The notes under the pieces: generated by a model
The model's input: the letters and a program-made list of their open reading frames with translations, nothing else
Told to the model about the DNA's origin: nothing
Database searches by the model: none
Assembly: GCA_047602425.1 (NCBI GenBank)
Contig: JASGHG010000001.1
Coordinates: forward strand, 672,001 to 736,000
Length of the DNA stretch: 64,000 nt
Source of the DNA: Nibricoccus sp.
GTDB taxonomy: Bacteria > Verrucomicrobiota > Verrucomicrobiia > Opitutales > Opitutaceae
Reading direction: 5' to 3'
Program-made: the position numbers and the translations under genes
Shown here: piece after piece, positions 60,036-64,000 of the stretch
Layout: each line of letters opens with the position of its first letter
Numbering within the stretch: position 1 is the first letter of the stretch

Positions 60036-60956
60036 TTAAAGTTTGCGAAGAGCGCGCAACTTGGCGGAGCGGCTGCGCGGATTGAGGGCAAGTTCTTCGT
60101 CGCCTGGAGTGAGCGGGCGGCGAGTCAACGGTTCGGCCAGCACCGTACGGAATTGTTGTGGCGTGTGATCGTCGGCGCTCTCGGGCTGGCCGCATTGCCG
60201 ACGGAAAAACTGTTTTACCAAACGATCCTCCAGCGAATGGAAGCTGATCGCACAAAGCACCCCACCCTTCGCGAGCGTCGCAAAAGCCGCGGGCAATGCA
60301 CGCTCGATCGCGCCAAGTTCGTCATTCACCGCAATGCGGATGCCTTGGAAAGCCCGCGTGGCCGGATGGATTTTTGACATGGCTCGTTCCCGCGCCGGGA
60401 TTGCCTCGGAAATGATTTCGGCCAACGAAGTCGTCCGCGCCAACGCGCCGGTGCCGCGCGCGGCCAACAAGGCACGCACCACACGACGCCAGTTGTGCTC
60501 TTCGCCGTACTCGCGAATCGCTCGCACCAACATTTCTTCGGTGGCCGTTTCCAGCCACAGGGAAGCAGGCACGCCCGCGCGCGTATCCATGCGCATATCG
60601 GCCGGAGCATCGTTGCGAAAGGAAAACCCGCGTTCGGCTTCATCGAGTTGAAATGACGAAAGTCCCAGATCGAACAACACGCCGTCATAGCCCGTGCCAG
60701 CGAATTCGCCGAGCTGGCCAAAGTCCGCACTGATCAATTGAAAACGTTCGCTGTATTCAGATTTTAACGACGCCGAACGTTCCAGCGCCGCCGGATCGCG
60801 GTCAAACGCCGTCACGCTTGTCCCCGGAGCTGATTCAAGAATCGCCCGGGTGTGTCCACCGCCGCCGAAGGTCGCGTCGAGATAGCGCCCGCCCGGCCGC
60901 GGTGCGAGGAGGCTCAGCACCTCGCGCAGCAGGACCGGTTTATGTCCGGGCGTCAT
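60036..60956 (-). CDS. rsmH: 16S rRNA m4C1402 methyltransferase RsmH/MraW
   Basis: [56 protein letters not shown] 60956. Confidence 0.97.
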   Translation of the reverse strand: MTPGHKPVLLREVLSLLAPRPGGRYLDATFGGGGHTRAILESAPGTSVTAFDRDPAALERSASLKSEYSERFQLISADFGQLGEFAGTGYDGVLFDLGLSSFQLDEAERGFSFRNDAPADMRMDTRAGVPASLWLETATEEMLVRAIREYGEEHNWRRVVRALLAARGTGALARTTSLAEIISEAIPARERAMSKIHPATRAFQGIRIAVNDELGAIERALPAAFATLAKGGVLCAISFHSLEDRLVKQFFRRQCGQPESADDHTPQQFRTVLAEPLTRRPLTPGDEELALNPRSRSAKLRALRKL

Positions 60957-60972
60957 GATCTCGTTCGCGTCT

Positions 60973-61191
60973 TCAAGCAGCGTGAAAAGCATCGGCGGTT
61001 CTCCTCGGGTCGCTGAAGGACGACGCGCCGCGTTCCCGCGGAAGGGGGTGCAAAACGAGCTCTGCACAAAGCCGTGGCTGCACCTTGGTGATGAACTGAG
61101 CCCCTGTCTTCGCCATGCGGCGGTGCCAGAGGCTCGCGGCTGCGAAACCCGTGAGTCGGGTCGCGCTATGATGAGTCGGGATGGTACTCAT
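60973..61191 (-). other. 72-aa small ORF and/or structured RNA between mraZ and rsmH
   Basis: ATG 5 nt after the mraZ stop, stop 16 nt before rsmH; the same stretch can fold into four consecutive hairpins. Confidence 0.45.
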
Positions 61192-61196
61192 GGTGG

Positions 61197-61649
61197 TTAA
61201 ATTCCAATGCGACGCATCAGGTCGCCGAAGTTTTCGCCCGCCGTCCGCGTCTGAACCTTCTGCCAGCGTTCAGGGCTGTAGATGGCGAACTTGTTTAAAG
61301 AACCAACGAGGACCGCATCTTTCGCGAGTCCTGCGTGCTGAAGCAGCTCATCGGACAGGCTGATGCGCCCTTGCTTGTCGAAAGTGAAAGCCAGCGTCTC
61401 CGAGAAGAACCGCTGGAACGCATCCTGAGCGTCGCGATCGGTCAGGGCCTTCTGCGCAATTTTCTCGTGTAATTTTTCAACTTCGGCGGGTGGAAGGACG
61501 GCCACGTAACCATCCGGATGCGGCGTCGCGAGGAACGTATCGTTTTCCCCGTGCGCGGACCTCCACGACGACGGAATCGTCAGCCGATTCTTGTCGTCGA
61601 GCGAATGCCGGTACTGGCCGGTGTAGAAAGCTTTGCCGAGTGTTGCCAC
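61197..61649 (-). CDS. mraZ: Division/cell-wall cluster regulator MraZ
   Basis: HSLDDKNRLTIPS.WR and DKQGRI motifs; first gene of the dcw cluster. Confidence 0.96.
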   Translation of the reverse strand: MATLGKAFYTGQYRHSLDDKNRLTIPSSWRSAHGENDTFLATPHPDGYVAVLPPAEVEKLHEKIAQKALTDRDAQDAFQRFFSETLAFTFDKQGRISLSDELLQHAGLAKDAVLVGSLNKFAIYSPERWQKVQTRTAGENFGDLMRRIGI

Positions 61650-61669
61650 AGAGATACGGTAAGGGTTGC

Positions 61670-61713
61670 CCCATTACGCCCCATTTCAACCCAATTTCCC
61701 CCACAACAGTCAA
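61670..61713 (-). promoter_or_regulatory. MraZ-binding direct repeats in the dcw promoter
   Basis: Minus strand GTGGG-N5-TTGGG-N5-ATGGG-N5-ATGGG (exact 10-nt period, 61704 to 61670), preceded by a TTGACT -35-like hexamer (61713-61708); matches the known TGGG-repeat MraZ operator. Confidence 0.8.
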
Positions 61714-62127
61714 GCAAACTCCCCCACTAAACCCCGTTTCTTACAAAAAACTTATTCACAACTTCCGGGGTTGTCGCCGGCTTGAGCTCTTCCCAGTTCA
61801 GCAAACTCAAGCAAACGGCTTGCATCTACATGTATTCACCCGCCCTCGAACCGTTGGCGTGGCACAAACTGGTGAACGCCCCGTTTCGTCGCTTGCCCAA
61901 AACAAATCGGGGAAAATTTATAGCGAGCGATCGGGATTGACGACTCCAGTCCAGTAAGCCGTCACGCGATTTATCACCCCGCTGAGCGACGTTCGCCAGT
62001 GAGCACAGGCTGCTGGCAATCGTTGCGAAGCAAAATTGGGATGGATTCCTGCTTGAAGGTGGTTTGGTAGAGGCGACCGCGGATGGGAGCCCAAAATCTC
62101 TTCAAGACACCCTTTTTAACGCGCAAA

Positions 62128-64000
62128 TCATACGATGTCTGGAAGCCCGTTGAGCAATTTGTCCAACGTAATGGGATAATCGCGGACGCGAACGCCCGTC
62201 GCGTTATAGACCGCATTGGCCACAGCGGCAGCCACACCGCAGATTCCGAGTTCGGCGATGCCTTTGGCTTTCATCGGCGACGAAATCGGATCGGTTTCGT
62301 CGAGGAAGATCACTTCTTGGTGCGGAATGTCCGCGTGCACGGGCACTTCGTAGGATGCAAGATCGTGATTAATAAAAAGGCCGTGGCGTTTGTCGACGAC
62401 GAGTCCTTCAGAAAGTGCCGCGCCTGCTCCCATCGTCATCGCTCCGATTACCTGGCTGCGCGCGGTCTTGGGATTGAGAATCCGGCCCGCCGCACAAACC
62501 GCGAGCATGCGGCGGATACGCGTTTCACCGGTAACAGCGTTCACTGCGACTTCCACGAAGTGGGCCCCGAACGTCGATTGCTGGTATTTTTTATCGAGAT
62601 CGCCGTATTCGATGCCGTCTTCTGCAACGAGACCCATGGGCCCTGCGGCTTCACCGAGCGGCACGCGGCGACCACCACTCGCGATATGACCGTCAGCGAA
62701 AGTCGTTTCCTTCGCCTCGAAGCCAAGCTTCTGCGCCATCGTTTCGCGCAACTTCATGCACGCCGCAAAGACGCCGGCGGTGGAATTATTGCCGCCAAAT
62801 TGTCCACCTGAACCGCATGACACCGGGAAATTGGAATCTCCCAGTTTCACCACAACCTGGCTCAGCGGAACGCCCATCGTCTCGGCCGCGGTCTGAGCAA
62901 TAATGGTATAGCTGCCCGTGCCGATGTCGGTCATATCGGTCTCAACCGTCACCACACCGCGATGATCGAGGCGTACGCGCGCCGCAGATTTCATGAGCAG
63001 GTTATTGCGGAACGCCGCCGCCATCCCCTGGCCGATTAGCGAGCGGTCTTCACGGATTTGCGCGGGCTTGGGATTTCTTTTGTTCCAAGCAAAGCGTTCG
63101 GCTCCAAGCCGCATACATTCGATGAACTGACGTTTTGAAAACGGCGGATGGGGATCGTGTTTCTCCTGCGATTTTTGTGCCTGCGGATCGTCGGAGCCGC
63201 CTTTGGCCGGATTGTCCGGAGCCACTTGTGTGTCGTTACGAATGCGAAACTCCACTGGATCGAGACCCAGTTTCTCGGCCATTTCGTCCATCGCGATTTC
63301 GAGCGCCATCATGCCCGATGCTTCACCGGGAGCGCGCATCGCGTTGCCTTCCGGCAAATCCATTTCGGCCAGCCGCATCGAAGTCATGCGGTGCTCGCCC
63401 GCATAGAGCAATCGGGTTTGATTAACGGCTGTCTCGACATCGCCGTCGGGTTGATCGCCCGACCAACTTTCGTGCGCGATGGCGGTGAGCTTGCCGTCCT
63501 TCGTCGCGCCAAGCCGGATGCGTTGAATCGTCGCCGGCCGATGCGTGGTGTTGTTCGCCATGAGCGGTCGTTGCAGGGCCACTTTTACGGGCCGGTGAAC
63601 TTCGCGCGCGGCCAGCGAGGCCAACAGCACGTCGGCACGCAGAAACAATTTACCGCCAAAGCCACCGCCAATGTAGGGCGAGATCAAACGTACCTTGTCT
63701 TTAGAGATACCGAGCGTTTTGGCTAGGTCGCCCACGCCCCAGGCGACCATTTGATTCGAGGTCCACACGGTCAGCTTGTCGCCTTCCCACTTCGCGATCG
63801 ATGCGTGCGGCTCCATCATCGCGTGCGATTGATCCGGTGTGGTGTAGGTCGCGTCAAACTTTACCTCAGCCGTGGCATAAGCTTTCGCAAAGTCACCCAC
63901 CGAAGAATCCGGCGGACCGCCGAAACCGGGCTTCGGCTTTGTGGCTCGATCCTTCTCAGCCGCAAGATCGAAGCGTCCTGTTTGGTGTTGGTACTTCACC
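62128..64000 (-). CDS. paoC: Xanthine dehydrogenase-family molybdopterin-binding subunit (PaoC/YagR-like), 5' end outside the window
   Basis: HAMMEPH, IGGGFGGK, AMRAPGE, DIGTGSYT, GSGGQFG, GRILNPKTARSQ, KAKGIAELG. Confidence 0.88.
   Translation of the reverse strand, partial: VKYQHQTGRFDLAAEKDRATKPKPGFGGPPDSSVGDFAKAYATAEVKFDATYTTPDQSHAMMEPHASIAKWEGDKLTVWTSNQMVAWGVGDLAKTLGISKDKVRLISPYIGGGFGGKLFLRADVLLASLAAREVHRPVKVALQRPLMANNTTHRPATIQRIRLGATKDGKLTAIAHESWSGDQPDGDVETAVNQTRLLYAGEHRMTSMRLAEMDLPEGNAMRAPGEASGMMALEIAMDEMAEKLGLDPVEFRIRNDTQVAPDNPAKGGSDDPQAQKSQEKHDPHPPFSKRQFIECMRLGAERFAWNKRNPKPAQIREDRSLIGQGMAAAFRNNLLMKSAARVRLDHRGVVTVETDMTDIGTGSYTIIAQTAAETMGVPLSQVVVKLGDSNFPVSCGSGGQFGGNNSTAGVFAACMKLRETMAQKLGFEAKETTFADGHIASGGRRVPLGEAAGPMGLVAEDGIEYGDLDKKYQQSTFGAHFVEVAVNAVTGETRIRRMLAVCAAGRILNPKTARSQVIGAMTMGAGAALSEGLVVDKRHGLFINHDLASYEVPVHADIPHQEVIFLDETDPISSPMKAKGIAELGICGVAAAVANAVYNATGVRVRDYPITLDKLLNGLPDIV

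Noticed and set aside
63140..63225. Roughly 20-aa polar insertion in the PaoC-like subunit (APDNPAKGGSDDPQAQKSQEKHD)
   Set aside because: Probably a variable surface loop; no evidence of an intein or a distinct function.

Overview
High-GC bacterial DNA, most likely Verrucomicrobiota/Opitutaceae (inferred from the MurC-MurB fusion, a LysM gene inside the dcw cluster and giant repeat-rich secreted proteins). The left ~38 kb is accessory. It carries two large secreted pectin lyases (PL1-like, cut by the window edge, and PL4 rhamnogalacturonan lyase) that share an uncharacterised C-terminal domain, a serine hydrolase, YdeI, an outer-membrane protein/ECF sigma/anti-sigma trio, a transglutaminase-TPR protein, a Tse2-like toxin with a putative immunity gene, aspS, a degenerate histidine kinase and an amino-acid permease. 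It also carries two tandem ~2,400-2,500 aa M36 (fungalysin) metalloproteases that end in a GlyGly-CTERM-like tail and are followed directly by a rhombosortase-type rhomboid protease. The spacer between the two proteases keeps a readable duplication junction: rhombosortase remnants fused to permease remnants. The right ~25 kb is core genome on the minus strand: a GspE/PilB ATPase, obgE, the complete dcw cluster (mraZ to ftsZ) and a partial PaoC-like molybdoenzyme subunit. obgE and murF each carry an apparent +1 frameshift, probably assembly errors. Best candidate for an undescribed system: a Verrucomicrobial rhombosortase/poly-Gly-tail surface-sorting locus. All homology calls come from motif recognition by eye; no searches were run.
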